Shown: positions 19,057 to 28,777, counted from the stretch's first letter. The stretch is 64,000 bases of DNA from Patescibacteria group bacterium (GCA_041660165.1 JBAZWW010000001.1:28009-92008), one strand, 5' to 3'. Notes: a model not told the origin generated them from the sequence alone. Translations and numbers: made by a program.

Positions 19057-20958
19057 ATGAACTACGCCTCAGTCATTGATGCTCTCTCTGCAAACGACCT
19101 TGGTTCGGCGCGGGATTTGTTGCTTGCAGAAATCATGGAACAGACAAAGAACACGCACAGCTCTGACAGTCCGCACTACACGGCGGATCGTTCTATCCAG
19201 GATGGAATCGCGATCAATCATTCTAGAAATTCGAGCACGACGTATTTCGGTCTCGAGGTTTTGAGAGATCGCTATCTCTTGAGAAATGCCGAGGACAAGA
19301 TTGTTGAGAATCCGCAGACGTTCTATGCGCGTGTGGCTACGGGTATGGCCCGTGGGGACAGGGAACATGCACAGAAGCTCTATGACATTCTGAGCAAGGG
19401 CTGGTTTATTTCAGCTACGCCCACGCTCATGAACATTGGGACAAAGAAAGGTTTGCCTATTTCTTGTTTTTTGAACACCGTACCGGATACGCTTGAGGGT
19501 ATTTTCGATATCTATCGCGAGAATGCTTTTCTGTCGAAATACGGCGGAGGCATCGGCACTGACTGGTCCCAGTTGCGCGGTCAGAATGCTCCGCTCAAAG
19601 CCAGCGGTCTGCGTTCTTCCGGCGTGATTCCGTTTCTCAAGATCATGGATTCAGAAACCATCGCCATCTCTCGCAATAGTATGCGCCGGGGCGCGGCGGC
19701 CGCGTATTTGCGCATTGACCACCCTGACATTGAGGACTTCCTTGAGATGCGCAAGCCGGGAGGAGATCAGGATCGCCGGTGCTTGAACATCAATAACGGG
19801 ATTGTGATTACGGACGAGTTCATGAAGGCGGTTGAGGCGGGAACAACGTATAAGCTCATTGACCCGCACTTCAAGACAGTCTCTAAAGAGCTGGACGCCA
19901 TGACCATGTGGCGAAAGATTCTTTCCATGCGCGCAGAAACGGGGGAGCCGTACTTGCTCTTCATTGATACCGTGAACGCCGCTCGTCCTCCGCATCACGT
20001 TGATAAGGGTTTGCTCGTTCGCCAGAGCAACCTGTGTACGGAAATAGTCTTGCCGACTGACGAAACGAGAACGGCTGTGTGTTGTTTGGGCAGTTTGAAC
20101 CTCGAAAAATATGAAGAGTGGAAGGACCAGTGGGAAGACATTGCGTACGCTTGCGTGAAAGCGCTCGACAACAATTTGGAAACGTTCTGTGAGATGGCTG
20201 ACCCGGTTGAGTTTAAGAAGGCTATCAATTCCGTCAGACACGAACGCTCGGTCGGACTGGGCGTCATGGGCTATCACAGCTATCTCATGTTGCGCGGGGT
20301 ACCATTTGAAAGCGTTATGGCTAGGGGCATCAATGTGGAGATTTTCGCAAATCTGCAGAAATACTCGAACCTGGCTTCTGAACGCCTTGGCCGTGAGCGC
20401 GGGCTTCCGCTTGACGGGGGAACTCGCCGGAATAGTTATGTGACGAGTATCCAGCCGACTGCTTCGACTGCGTTCCTTTGTGGCGAGGCTAGTCCATGCG
20501 TCGAACCGATCGCCGGCAACGCCTATCTGCAGAAAACGTTGTCCGGCAGTTTCCTCGTAAAGAACAAGCACCTCGAACATTTGCTAGAGACCAAGGGTAA
20601 GAATACTGCAGACACCTGGAAGATTGTGGTGGCGGAGAAGGGAAGTGTGATAAATCTGGATTGCTTGACCCCGGAAGAAAAGGCCGTTTTCCGGACCGCC
20701 TATGAAATGAACATGCGGGAGATTGTCGAGCAAGCCGCGGCCCGTCAGAAGTACATTGATCAGGCGCAGTCCCTGAACCTCTTCTTCCAGACCCCCATCA
20801 GCGGAAAATACCTCAATGAGGTTCATATGATGGCCTGGAAGCTGGGCGTGAAGAGCCTGTACTACATTCGTTCAGCCTCGCCCATCCAGGCAGATAGCAT
20901 TGCGATCCAGTCCCAAAAGCGGGATGTTTCCACGGAGGAATGCGCCGTTTGCCAGTAG
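19057..20958 (+). CDS. nrdA: Class I ribonucleotide reductase alpha subunit (no ATP cone evident)
   Basis: ATPTLMN, ISCF, GGGIG, QSNLCTEI, VCCLGSLN, IQPTAS, DQAQSLN, KSLYYIRS, C-terminal CAVCQ. Confidence 0.95.
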   Translation: MNYASVIDALSANDLGSARDLLLAEIMEQTKNTHSSDSPHYTADRSIQDGIAINHSRNSSTTYFGLEVLRDRYLLRNAEDKIVENPQTFYARVATGMARGDREHAQKLYDILSKGWFISATPTLMNIGTKKGLPISCFLNTVPDTLEGIFDIYRENAFLSKYGGGIGTDWSQLRGQNAPLKASGLRSSGVIPFLKIMDSETIAISRNSMRRGAAAAYLRIDHPDIEDFLEMRKPGGDQDRRCLNINNGIVITDEFMKAVEAGTTYKLIDPHFKTVSKELDAMTMWRKILSMRAETGEPYLLFIDTVNAARPPHHVDKGLLVRQSNLCTEIVLPTDETRTAVCCLGSLNLEKYEEWKDQWEDIAYACVKALDNNLETFCEMADPVEFKKAINSVRHERSVGLGVMGYHSYLMLRGVPFESVMARGINVEIFANLQKYSNLASERLGRERGLPLDGGTRRNSYVTSIQPTASTAFLCGEASPCVEPIAGNAYLQKTLSGSFLVKNKHLEHLLETKGKNTADTWKIVVAEKGSVINLDCLTPEEKAVFRTAYEMNMREIVEQAAARQKYIDQAQSLNLFFQTPISGKYLNEVHMMAWKLGVKSLYYIRSASPIQADSIAIQSQKRDVSTEECAVCQ

Positions 20959-21056
20959 GGGTTTGGCTAGGGTGTGGAAAAGAAGTTTGCCAAGAAGAGA
21001 TGATGGGTATAATCAGGCCGTTATCTCTTTTTGTTTTTATTCGAGATCTTAAATAT

Positions 21057-21485
21057 ATGGAAATTACCAAAGCGCTTTCGGCCTTGCAAAATGACGAACC
21101 TATCGTTATTCGTGATAAGACATTCAAGCCCCGTAAGGTTGAAGCCGTTTCATTGGAGACGGGAGAAAAGGTGTATTGGATCACCAGCCGGGACAGCGTT
21201 TGGCTGTCATTGGATCCGGAAGGGGAGGAAATCATCCTTTTTGAAGACATTGATGAGGAATTGGAGCCGGAGGATGACATCGTGGTTCACGGTGGAGAGG
21301 ATTACGAATTCTCCTATGAGGGCGTAGCCACTATGAGTCAGGAGGAGGGCGGAAAAGTGGTTTCATTTAAGGAGTACGCTTCCGCTGATGGCGAGATCAT
21401 CCGCATCATGGAAGAGGAATCCACTGGTGAAAAGTCCGGAGCCTTTGGCGTGAAGCTGACGGAGGAGGATTTGCAAATGGCCTAA
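21057..21485 (+). CDS. Acidic hypothetical protein (DUF4178-like)
   Basis: Coherent acidic beta-rich ORF, WLSLD motif; ATG at 21057. Confidence 0.6.
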   Translation: MEITKALSALQNDEPIVIRDKTFKPRKVEAVSLETGEKVYWITSRDSVWLSLDPEGEEIILFEDIDEELEPEDDIVVHGGEDYEFSYEGVATMSQEEGGKVVSFKEYASADGEIIRIMEEESTGEKSGAFGVKLTEEDLQMA

Positions 21486-21496
21486 AGGGGCGGGCT

Positions 21497-23419
21497 ATGG
21501 TCAAAAAAATCGGAAAGAAAGCCTCGCGACTCTGGTTCGTTCGGCTTTTCTTTTTGGTGTTTGCCGGCGTCATTGGTTTCCGTTTGGCCTATCTGCAGAT
21601 TTATCAGGCAGGCTATTGGCACGCGGTTTCTGACGGAAAAAATTCTCTCTATGAAGCGCTGAATCCGCGCCGGGGAAAAATTCTCGTGCGCGATTATGGA
21701 GATCCAACGGAATATCCCGTAGCCACCGTCACGCAGAGAGGATTTGTGCTAGCTGATCCGCGGTTAGTGAAGGATCCGGAACAGCTTGGCAAAGCCATTG
21801 CGAAAATTTTGAATTTTGACGGCCAAGATGAGTTTGACTCCTTGATGCTCATCAAAAATCTTGAGGCCGGAAAACGCTTCACGGAAGCGAATGACATGAA
21901 GCGCGCGGTGCTTGTGGCCAGAAAAGTGATTGAACTGCCTGTCGTGATTCCGCAGGATGATGTCCCGCTTGAGGAACCGCTAGTTCAGCCTGAGGTGGAC
22001 GTTTCAAGCATGTTTGAGCAAGAGCTAACTGATCATCCAAACTTGATTGCTCGTCTCATTGCCAGGCTGTCCAAGAAGGATGATCCGTCAGAGCCTGTGG
22101 CGCGCGGAGTTTCTGAGGAACAGCTTGAGCTGATCAAAGGTCTGAATGATCCGGCCATTTCCTATGAGCTGGAGGATGGCAGAGCATATCCGGAGGACGG
22201 TTTTGACGGCCACGTTATTGGATTCTTGGGAAAAGATGATGCGGGCACGGCTAAAGGATTTTATGGGATTGAAGGGTATTTCCAGGATTTCCTTGCCGGA
22301 CAACTTGGTTCGCTCTACTCGCAAGGATTTGGCAAGAAACAATTTACCCCCGCCATTGACGGAGGCGATGTCGTTTTGACCATTGACCGAACGCTTGAGG
22401 TGAAGACGTGCGAGATTTTGCAGACAGCGGTAGACAAATATTCTGCCAAGGGCGGGAGCGTGGTCATCATGGAGCCAAAGACAGGGAGAATTCTGGCCAT
22501 GTGCGGGGTCCCTACCTTTCAGCCGGCAACTTATAATAAGGAAACGGATTTTTCCGTCTATAACAATCCGTCCATTTATACTGCGTATGAGCCAGGATCT
22601 ATCATCAAGCCTCTCACCATGGCGGCCGCGCTTGATATTGGGGCAGTAAAACCAGAGAGTACGTTTACGGATTCCGGCACTGTTAAAGTTGACGACATCA
22701 CTATCCATAACGCGAATGATAAAATTTTCGGCACGGTTTCTATGATTGAAGTGCTAGAAGAATCTATTAACACCGGCATGGTGTGGGTTGAACGGCACAT
22801 GGGTTCGCCGGCCCTAAAGGAATATTTCGAGCGTTTTGGTTTTGGCGCGCTCACGGGCGTTGAATTAAAAAGCGAGGCTTCTGGCACGGTAGCTTCGCTC
22901 AATAATTCCGCTGAGGTGTATTCCGCCACCGCTGCTTTTGGCCAGGGTGTGACTATGACGCCGATTCAAATCGCGTCAGCCTATTCTGCGTTAGCCAATG
23001 GGGGCGAGTATATGAAGCCCCACATCGTAGACGAGCTCAGATATCCGGATGGCACCGTGGACAAAATTTTGCCAGAGGTGGTTCGCCAAGTGGTTTCAGA
23101 AAAGACGGCCACCACCATCGGGGCTATGATGGTGTCTGTGGTTGAGTACGGCCACGGTAAAAAAGCCGGCGTAGCGGGCTATTATGTAGCCGGTAAAACG
23201 GGCACCGCCCAGGTGGCGGATGACCGCGGTAAATACTCGGAAACGGCCTTCAACGGTTCCTTTGCCGGCTATGCTCCAGTGAAAGATCCCCGTTTTGTCA
23301 TGGTCGTCAAAATTGAAGAGCCCAAGGACGTGCTTTTTGCTGAGGTCACCGCCGCTCCAGTTTTCCACGATATCGCCAGTTTCCTCTTGAAATACTACGG
23401 AGTAGCGCCTGAGAGATAG
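21497..23419 (+). CDS. ftsI: Class B penicillin-binding protein (FtsI-like)
   Basis: N-terminal TM, RGKI, RAYP, GIEG, EPGSIIK (SxxK), SIN (SxN), KTGTAQ; upstream of murF. Confidence 0.88.
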   Translation: MVKKIGKKASRLWFVRLFFLVFAGVIGFRLAYLQIYQAGYWHAVSDGKNSLYEALNPRRGKILVRDYGDPTEYPVATVTQRGFVLADPRLVKDPEQLGKAIAKILNFDGQDEFDSLMLIKNLEAGKRFTEANDMKRAVLVARKVIELPVVIPQDDVPLEEPLVQPEVDVSSMFEQELTDHPNLIARLIARLSKKDDPSEPVARGVSEEQLELIKGLNDPAISYELEDGRAYPEDGFDGHVIGFLGKDDAGTAKGFYGIEGYFQDFLAGQLGSLYSQGFGKKQFTPAIDGGDVVLTIDRTLEVKTCEILQTAVDKYSAKGGSVVIMEPKTGRILAMCGVPTFQPATYNKETDFSVYNNPSIYTAYEPGSIIKPLTMAAALDIGAVKPESTFTDSGTVKVDDITIHNANDKIFGTVSMIEVLEESINTGMVWVERHMGSPALKEYFERFGFGALTGVELKSEASGTVASLNNSAEVYSATAAFGQGVTMTPIQIASAYSALANGGEYMKPHIVDELRYPDGTVDKILPEVVRQVVSEKTATTIGAMMVSVVEYGHGKKAGVAGYYVAGKTGTAQVADDRGKYSETAFNGSFAGYAPVKDPRFVMVVKIEEPKDVLFAEVTAAPVFHDIASFLLKYYGVAPER

Positions 23420-23441
23420 GATGTGGGTTATCGAGTGGGTT

Positions 23442-23500
23442 AGACCCTGACGTGAGGAAGCCCGTCCGACCGGATCGTCCGGGCGGGGGTCTAGAGGTGG
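23442..23500. repeat. REP-like palindrome carrying a nested 27-nt palindromic insert
   Basis: AGACCCTGACGTGAGGAAG[CCCGTCCGACCGGATCGTCCGGGCGGG]GGTCTAGAGGTGG; removing the insert restores a sequence close to the 3422 copy. Confidence 0.75.
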
Positions 23501-23603
23501 CGGCTATGGGTTTCGAAGGGATTTATAGTATGCTTACTGTGTTGTCGAGTAGAACTTAACCCACCCCGAGGCGACGAGGGGTAGGGCGGGAAGGAAAAAC
23601 ATT

Positions 23604-24893
23604 ATGAAAAAGCTCGTCCAGAAAATCATTGCGAATGTAGCCAAGCGCAAACTCGCCAAATTTCACCCGACCGTGATTGCGGTCACGGGATCAGTGGGCA
23701 AGACCTCGACTAGGAACGCTATTACGATCGCGCTTGAGGCAAGATATCGCGTCCGCTCGCCAGAGAAAAATTACAATAATGAATTCGGTTTGCCGTTAGC
23801 TATTCTCGGTGAAAAGAGCCCAGGGCGTGATGCGTGGGAATGGCTGAAGCTCTGGAAGCGCGCGGTGAGCATGAAAGACATGCCGGAATATCTGGCGCTT
23901 GAATACGGCGCGGATAAGCCAGGGGACATTGCGTATCTTGCATCAGTTGCCGTGCCGAAGATTGCGGTCATCACGGCCGTCTCGCCCGTGCACTTGGCGA
24001 ATTATCCGAGCATCGAATCTTTGATCGATGAGAAGGCCTCGCTTGGCGATTATGTGCAAAACGGCGGGCTCGTTCTCCTAAACGCCAATGATGACGTGGT
24101 GAAGATGCTCACCGCCCGCTACCCGAATGCTGAGGTGATGACGTACGGTATTGAAACGGGGGACGTTCGTGCCGAGAATGTGAGGATCGAAACAAAGCTT
24201 GAGGAGAGTTTTGATCCCGGTGAAGTTTTTTCGATACTCCATGCTACGGTTAGAACAAAAAACGACTCGATAGATATTGCGTTGACCAACTGTCTCTCGC
24301 CGTCCGCGTTGTCCTCCGCACTCGCGGGTATCGCCGTTGCTGGGCGTGCTGGCGTTCCATTGTCTGATGCCGTGAGAGCCCTCGAAAAATATTTGCGTCC
24401 CGTCCCAGGCCGATTAAACCCTATCCCTGGTATTAAGGGGGCGCTGGTACTTGATGATACGTACAACGCGGCGCCTGCTTCCATGCGCTCGGCACTTGAT
24501 GCCTTGTTACGCTTTACGCCAGGAGAGGAGCGCGACCGGCGCATCGCTGTCCTCGGCGATATGGCCGAACTCGGACCTCGAACAGAATCAGAGCATCGAG
24601 CACTCGGTCGTCACGCCTCCCGCGCCTGCGACCTGTTCATTGCTGTTGGCCCAAACATGGCGCTCGCCGCAGAAGAAGCTGTACTCGCCGGTATGCCTAG
24701 GGATAAGGTTGAGCGTTTTAACACCTCCATTGAAGCCGGACGCTATTTAGATAAAACGATTGAAAAAGGCGATGTGGTTTTGCTTAAGGGCTCTCAGTCC
24801 ATGCGGATGGAACGTGCGGTGAAGGATATTATGGCAGAACCTTTGAAGGCGCCTGAGTTGCTTGTCCGTCAAGAAAAAGCTTGGTTGGAATAA
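23604..24893 (+). CDS. murF: UDP-MurNAc-tripeptide--D-Ala-D-Ala ligase
   Basis: AVTGSVGKTST, NYNNEFGLP, DDTYNAAPASM, LGDMAELG, LLKGSQSMRME. Confidence 0.93.
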   Translation: MKKLVQKIIANVAKRKLAKFHPTVIAVTGSVGKTSTRNAITIALEARYRVRSPEKNYNNEFGLPLAILGEKSPGRDAWEWLKLWKRAVSMKDMPEYLALEYGADKPGDIAYLASVAVPKIAVITAVSPVHLANYPSIESLIDEKASLGDYVQNGGLVLLNANDDVVKMLTARYPNAEVMTYGIETGDVRAENVRIETKLEESFDPGEVFSILHATVRTKNDSIDIALTNCLSPSALSSALAGIAVAGRAGVPLSDAVRALEKYLRPVPGRLNPIPGIKGALVLDDTYNAAPASMRSALDALLRFTPGEERDRRIAVLGDMAELGPRTESEHRALGRHASRACDLFIAVGPNMALAAEEAVLAGMPRDKVERFNTSIEAGRYLDKTIEKGDVVLLKGSQSMRMERAVKDIMAEPLKAPELLVRQEKAWLE

Positions 24894-24897
24894 GAGG

Positions 24898-24926
24898 TTG
24901 ACTTGGCCAAATTTTGCGTGTATACT
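24898..24926 (+). promoter_or_regulatory. Sigma70 promoter for the downstream structured RNA
   Basis: TTGACT, 17-bp spacer, TATACT; the structure begins 8 nt downstream. Confidence 0.75.
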
Positions 24927-24933
24927 TGCCCAC

Positions 24934-25110
24934 GGTCTTGCTGTGGTTGGTGCTGTGTTTGCGCCAATTCCGCAGGCAGGAAAGCGAGCCGTACAGCGTT
25001 CCTTAGCGGGGGAGCGGAGGGCTTTGTTGGCAGGGGCGAGGCCAGCAGGCTGCGAATTGTTACGGTTTGCCTACGGCCGGGCGCGAGTGCGTCATCAACC
25101 CGGCAGGACC
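24934..25110 (+). ncRNA. 177-nt structured non-coding RNA, SRP RNA S-domain-like (6S RNA is the alternative)
   Basis: Ends pair (GGTCTTGCTG/CGGCAGGACC, GGTTGGTG/CATCAACC, GTGTTTGCGCC/GGCGCGAGTGC, CCGCAGGCA/TGCCTACGG, AGCCGTA/TACGGTT). Two apical hairpins, one with CAGG-GGCGAGGCC-AGCAG. Followed by a T run. Confidence 0.65.
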
Positions 25111-25156
25111 ACCTTTTTCTTGTGACTTGGGACTCACGTCCCGTCTTCGTCTCTGC

Positions 25157-25190
25157 GAACCCCGTACAGTCTTTACTGTACGGGGTTTCC
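25157..25190. terminator. Hairpin between convergent units
   Basis: GAACCCCGTACAGT-CTTT-ACTGTACGGGGTTT. Confidence 0.6.
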
Positions 25191-25205
25191 AATTTCCGTC
25201 AGTTG

Positions 25206-25286
25206 CGAATTCCTCTCCCTACCAGGGAGAGGCCAAGGTGAGGGCACGAATTCCTCTCCCATCCTGGGAGAGGCCAAGGTGAGGGC
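25206..25286. repeat. Two tandem 40-nt REP-like units abutting the glmS stop
   Basis: CGAATTCCTCTCCC-N5-GGGAGAGGCCAAGGTGAGGGC twice, differing only in the 5-nt loop. Confidence 0.85.
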
Positions 25287-27116
25287 CTAGTCCACCGTCA
25301 CCGCTTTCGCCAGGTTCCTTGGCTTGTCCGGGTTAATGCCTTTCAGGACAGCCAGTTCATAGGCAATAAATTGGAGCGGAACGGTGGCGAGCAGGCCAGT
25401 TAGTACTCCGTCGGGTGGAATGACAATGACATCGTTTGGGTCTGCAATGCCTTTAGTGAACGCGGGGGTATCGGTGATGATGATGTTCCTAGCCCCGCGA
25501 GCGCGAACTTCTTCGCCCGCCGTTTTCATGAGGCCGGAATGCTTGTCATTCAGAATGAGCAGGATGACCGGCGTTCCCTCGGTGATCAGCGCAAACGGTC
25601 CATGCTTGAGCGCTCCGCCTGGGTAACCCTCAGCATGCAGGTAAGCAATTTCTTTTATTTTGAGCGCTCCCTCCCGCGCAATGGGCTCGCCCACGCCTTT
25701 GCCAAGGACAAACATGTGATCTGCTTTCATGAGCGTGCTGGCAATGGCTTGGCACTGCGCTCTGACGGAGAAGGCCATTTGAATATTCGTCGGCAGTCGG
25801 CGCAAGTCCTCGATTAACGTCCGGCGTCGGTTTACCTCCATATCGCGCTTGTCCGCAAACCAGATAGCTACAAGTTCGAGGGCAGTCACCTGCGTGACAA
25901 AGGCTTTCGTTGAAGCAACCGCATGCTCGCGCCCGGCATTCAGATACACTCCGCATTTGGTCGAGCGGGCAATGAGTGAGCCAACGGCGTTCACGATCGA
26001 AAACGACGGGATTCCGGCATTCTCGGCTATCATCACTGCACGATGAACATCTTTCGTCTCGCCCGATTGCGAGATGACAAGGAGGCCGGCTCCCTGCGAG
26101 GGAAAGTGATGTGGCGTGAGTTCGGAAGCATCGACGACCTGAACGGTATCGAATGATTTCATGGCTCGCATCGCGAGTGCGCCATAGAGCCCCGCGTGAT
26201 AACTCGTCCCGCAAGCAGCGATGACGAGATGTTTGATCGAGAGTAATTCTTCGGATCGAGACTCAAGTCCGCCAAGTTTCACGCTGGTATCGTTCTTGAT
26301 GCGAGCACCGTGGTTGAGCGTCCGTTTTACCGCTTCTGGTTGTTCGAGTATTTCTTTGATCGTCCAGTGCGGAAACGGCGCGGGGGAGGCGGAAATAATG
26401 TCATCCGGCGCTTTTTCAATTCTGGTCAGGTCGAGGCCTGAACCGTCCGCTCGCACAAAAGCCATCTCACCGTTTTGGAGCGAAATAAAATCGCGCGTAG
26501 CCATGCCAAAGGCGGCGGGTTCAGACGCAATGAACGCTTTGCCGGGAGCTAGGCCAATGACAATCGGACTGCCGTTTCTGGCGGTGATAATCGTATCCGG
26601 TAAAAGCGGGGAGAGGACGCCTATACCCCAGGTGCCTTCCAGTTTTTGCAGGGTTGATTTGACGGCCTCCGGCAGTTTCAGCCCGTCGTCGAGGAATTTG
26701 CCGATGAGTTGGGCAACGACTTCCGTGTCCGTTTCCGAAGTGAAGTGAACGCCATGAGACTGGAGGTCGCTTCTGAGATCCTGGTAATTTTCAATCACGC
26801 CGTTATGAACTACGGCCACGCGGTTTTTGGCATCCACGTGGGGATGCGCGTTGGCGTCCGTTTTCCCGCCGTGCGTGGCCCAGCGCGTGTGGCCTATGCC
26901 AATGGTATGTCCGGCATGTGCGCCGGCGTGTTCCTTGAGCGTGGTTATAGCGTCAGATGTCCCACGGCTGGCAAACTTTGAAACGTAGAGTTTTTTATCT
27001 GGTCCAATCGTAGCTATGCCGGCCGAGTCATAGCCCCGGTTCTCCAATATTGACAGGCCGTCAATCAAATAGTTGACACTATCCTCACTCCCAACAAAGC
27101 CGATAATGCCACACAT
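25287..27116 (-). CDS. glmS: Glutamine--fructose-6-phosphate aminotransferase
   Basis: MCGIIG, RGYDSAG, GHTRWATHG, HNGVIENY, SQSGET, VASTKAF, KHGP, PRNLAKAVTVD. Confidence 0.97.
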   Translation of the reverse strand: MCGIIGFVGSEDSVNYLIDGLSILENRGYDSAGIATIGPDKKLYVSKFASRGTSDAITTLKEHAGAHAGHTIGIGHTRWATHGGKTDANAHPHVDAKNRVAVVHNGVIENYQDLRSDLQSHGVHFTSETDTEVVAQLIGKFLDDGLKLPEAVKSTLQKLEGTWGIGVLSPLLPDTIITARNGSPIVIGLAPGKAFIASEPAAFGMATRDFISLQNGEMAFVRADGSGLDLTRIEKAPDDIISASPAPFPHWTIKEILEQPEAVKRTLNHGARIKNDTSVKLGGLESRSEELLSIKHLVIAACGTSYHAGLYGALAMRAMKSFDTVQVVDASELTPHHFPSQGAGLLVISQSGETKDVHRAVMIAENAGIPSFSIVNAVGSLIARSTKCGVYLNAGREHAVASTKAFVTQVTALELVAIWFADKRDMEVNRRRTLIEDLRRLPTNIQMAFSVRAQCQAIASTLMKADHMFVLGKGVGEPIAREGALKIKEIAYLHAEGYPGGALKHGPFALITEGTPVILLILNDKHSGLMKTAGEEVRARGARNIIITDTPAFTKGIADPNDVIVIPPDGVLTGLLATVPLQFIAYELAVLKGINPDKPRNLAKAVTVD

Positions 27117-27591
27117 AGGCGTTTATGATGAAAAGTGACAGGACATATATTGTCATGTTTTCATTGGACAGTGCAAGCCGGGCGTGTTAATATCTTGCCC
27201 GTTGTGTTCCGTGCTCGCCCATGAGTACTTGCGTCTCCTCCATTATCCGTCGGTTCGACAGCCGGCGGAGCGGTCTCGTGGAGATTGAGCCTGGAATACC
27301 TCCCATCCGTTGTCTCGCTTGGTTCTGACAGTATCTCTGTGCGGAATCCTCCGTCACGCAGTCCGCGGCCGGGCCCCCCAGGTTCATCGCGTTCTCCGTG
27401 AAAAACACTGAGTGCTGTCAGAACCTTCCCTTCGCCGTCCGTTGAGCTTTCCCGCTCCGGACGGTGTTTTCGTTTTATGTTATGAAAACGCTAGATTATT
27501 GACTAACGATAGGTTGGAATGTATTCTTTTCTGTCGCCTCGCGACAAAGCTCTTTCGTGAGTTTTCAACCCTTTCACCTTCTGGAGGACCA

Positions 27592-28755
27592 ATGTCCGCA
27601 GAGCGTATCAATCAGGCGTTGACGTACTGGGAAGACGTGTGCGCGCTCGAGCGCTACCTTGTCATGTTGGCAGACCTGCAAGCTGACAGGAAGTTCAATC
27701 CCAAGGGACCGCTCAAGTATCTCGGACTTCGCGACGCGTTGACGTGCGGTGCGGGTTGGAGCAATGAATATATCTACGAAGGGAACCGTCCTTCGTTGTT
27801 GGCCATGAGGATGCTGCCGGTGATGCTTTACGGCTGGGTGGAGTCATCGAAGCGCATCTTCCGAGTATCGACGGAAACGCTGGACGAGCTTCTTCGGGGA
27901 GAGCATCGACCGCCTCCGGCCACCTGGGAAAAGTTTCCCTGGCCATTCGAGTCATTCGCTGTTTCGTTCGAGACGCCACTGAAGTGGGCGCCGAGCAATG
28001 AAACGTACGATACGGTGCTTGTGGTTAACGTGACGCGGGAAGGTCGCTCCTCCACACTGATCCAATGGCTTCCGGCGCGCCTCGCGGAATATATCCCGCT
28101 CCCCGAGAAGGAGATTATGGGCCTGTGCGAGGATATAAGCGAAGATATTCGTAACGCTCGAGCGAGGATTCGTGGGATGTTGCCCCGCAAGGTACGCAGA
28201 GACATGAAGAAGTACAAGATTTCGTTGCCGTCAGTAGAACAGTTGTATGCACAGCATAATGCTGGCGCGGAAAGGTTAGCGGAGGAAGCTCGAAAGGCCA
28301 TTGAGATGATGAGCCTTCCGTACTATCTCATGGATAAGGCCTACTACGCCGAAATGCACGACTGCCAGGATCAGATTGAGAGCAGCTCTTTCATCTACGC
28401 CTTCTGCAACCTCATCGCGAGAGGTGTGCGCTCGGTTGGCGGGCACTACGGCTCTCCGAAGACGGGGGAGCAGCAAGCGGAAAGTATCGCGGACGGCGCT
28501 CAGCTGTTTGAAGTTGGCTCTCGAGCTCAGTTTGCGACCGGCGAACGAACTCGGAATGACCCCACCGAACCGTCGGGCAAAACGGTGCGACCACATTCGC
28601 GCCGTGGTCACTACAGGCGTATTCGTGGGAGCGGACCCGATGCTCCAAAGTCCCAGTGGGTTAATTCCACCTGGATTCACGAAGAAGAGGCGAAGGTTAA
28701 GGGTTTGATTCCCGTCAGCGAGACCGCGGTCGATACGGACCGTAACGAACCCTGA
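27592..28755 (+). CDS. Hypothetical protein with C-terminal PHxRRGHxR motif (phage-like)
   Basis: GGAGG RBS before ATG 27592; RPHSRRGHYRR...QWVNSTWI; followed by a terminator hairpin. Confidence 0.7.
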   Translation: MSAERINQALTYWEDVCALERYLVMLADLQADRKFNPKGPLKYLGLRDALTCGAGWSNEYIYEGNRPSLLAMRMLPVMLYGWVESSKRIFRVSTETLDELLRGEHRPPPATWEKFPWPFESFAVSFETPLKWAPSNETYDTVLVVNVTREGRSSTLIQWLPARLAEYIPLPEKEIMGLCEDISEDIRNARARIRGMLPRKVRRDMKKYKISLPSVEQLYAQHNAGAERLAEEARKAIEMMSLPYYLMDKAYYAEMHDCQDQIESSSFIYAFCNLIARGVRSVGGHYGSPKTGEQQAESIADGAQLFEVGSRAQFATGERTRNDPTEPSGKTVRPHSRRGHYRRIRGSGPDAPKSQWVNSTWIHEEEAKVKGLIPVSETAVDTDRNEP

Positions 28756-28777
28756 GCCTGCGTGTCTCTCGTTCTGA

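Noticed and set aside
19651-20580. 309-aa minus-strand ORF
   Set aside because: Antisense to nrdA.
24862-25282. Several short Cys/Arg-rich ORFs after murF
   Set aside because: No protein motifs; the region is better explained by a structured RNA and REP hairpins.
27117-27410. glmS ribozyme upstream of glmS
   Set aside because: Core AGCGCC and GACGAGG motifs were not found on the minus strand.
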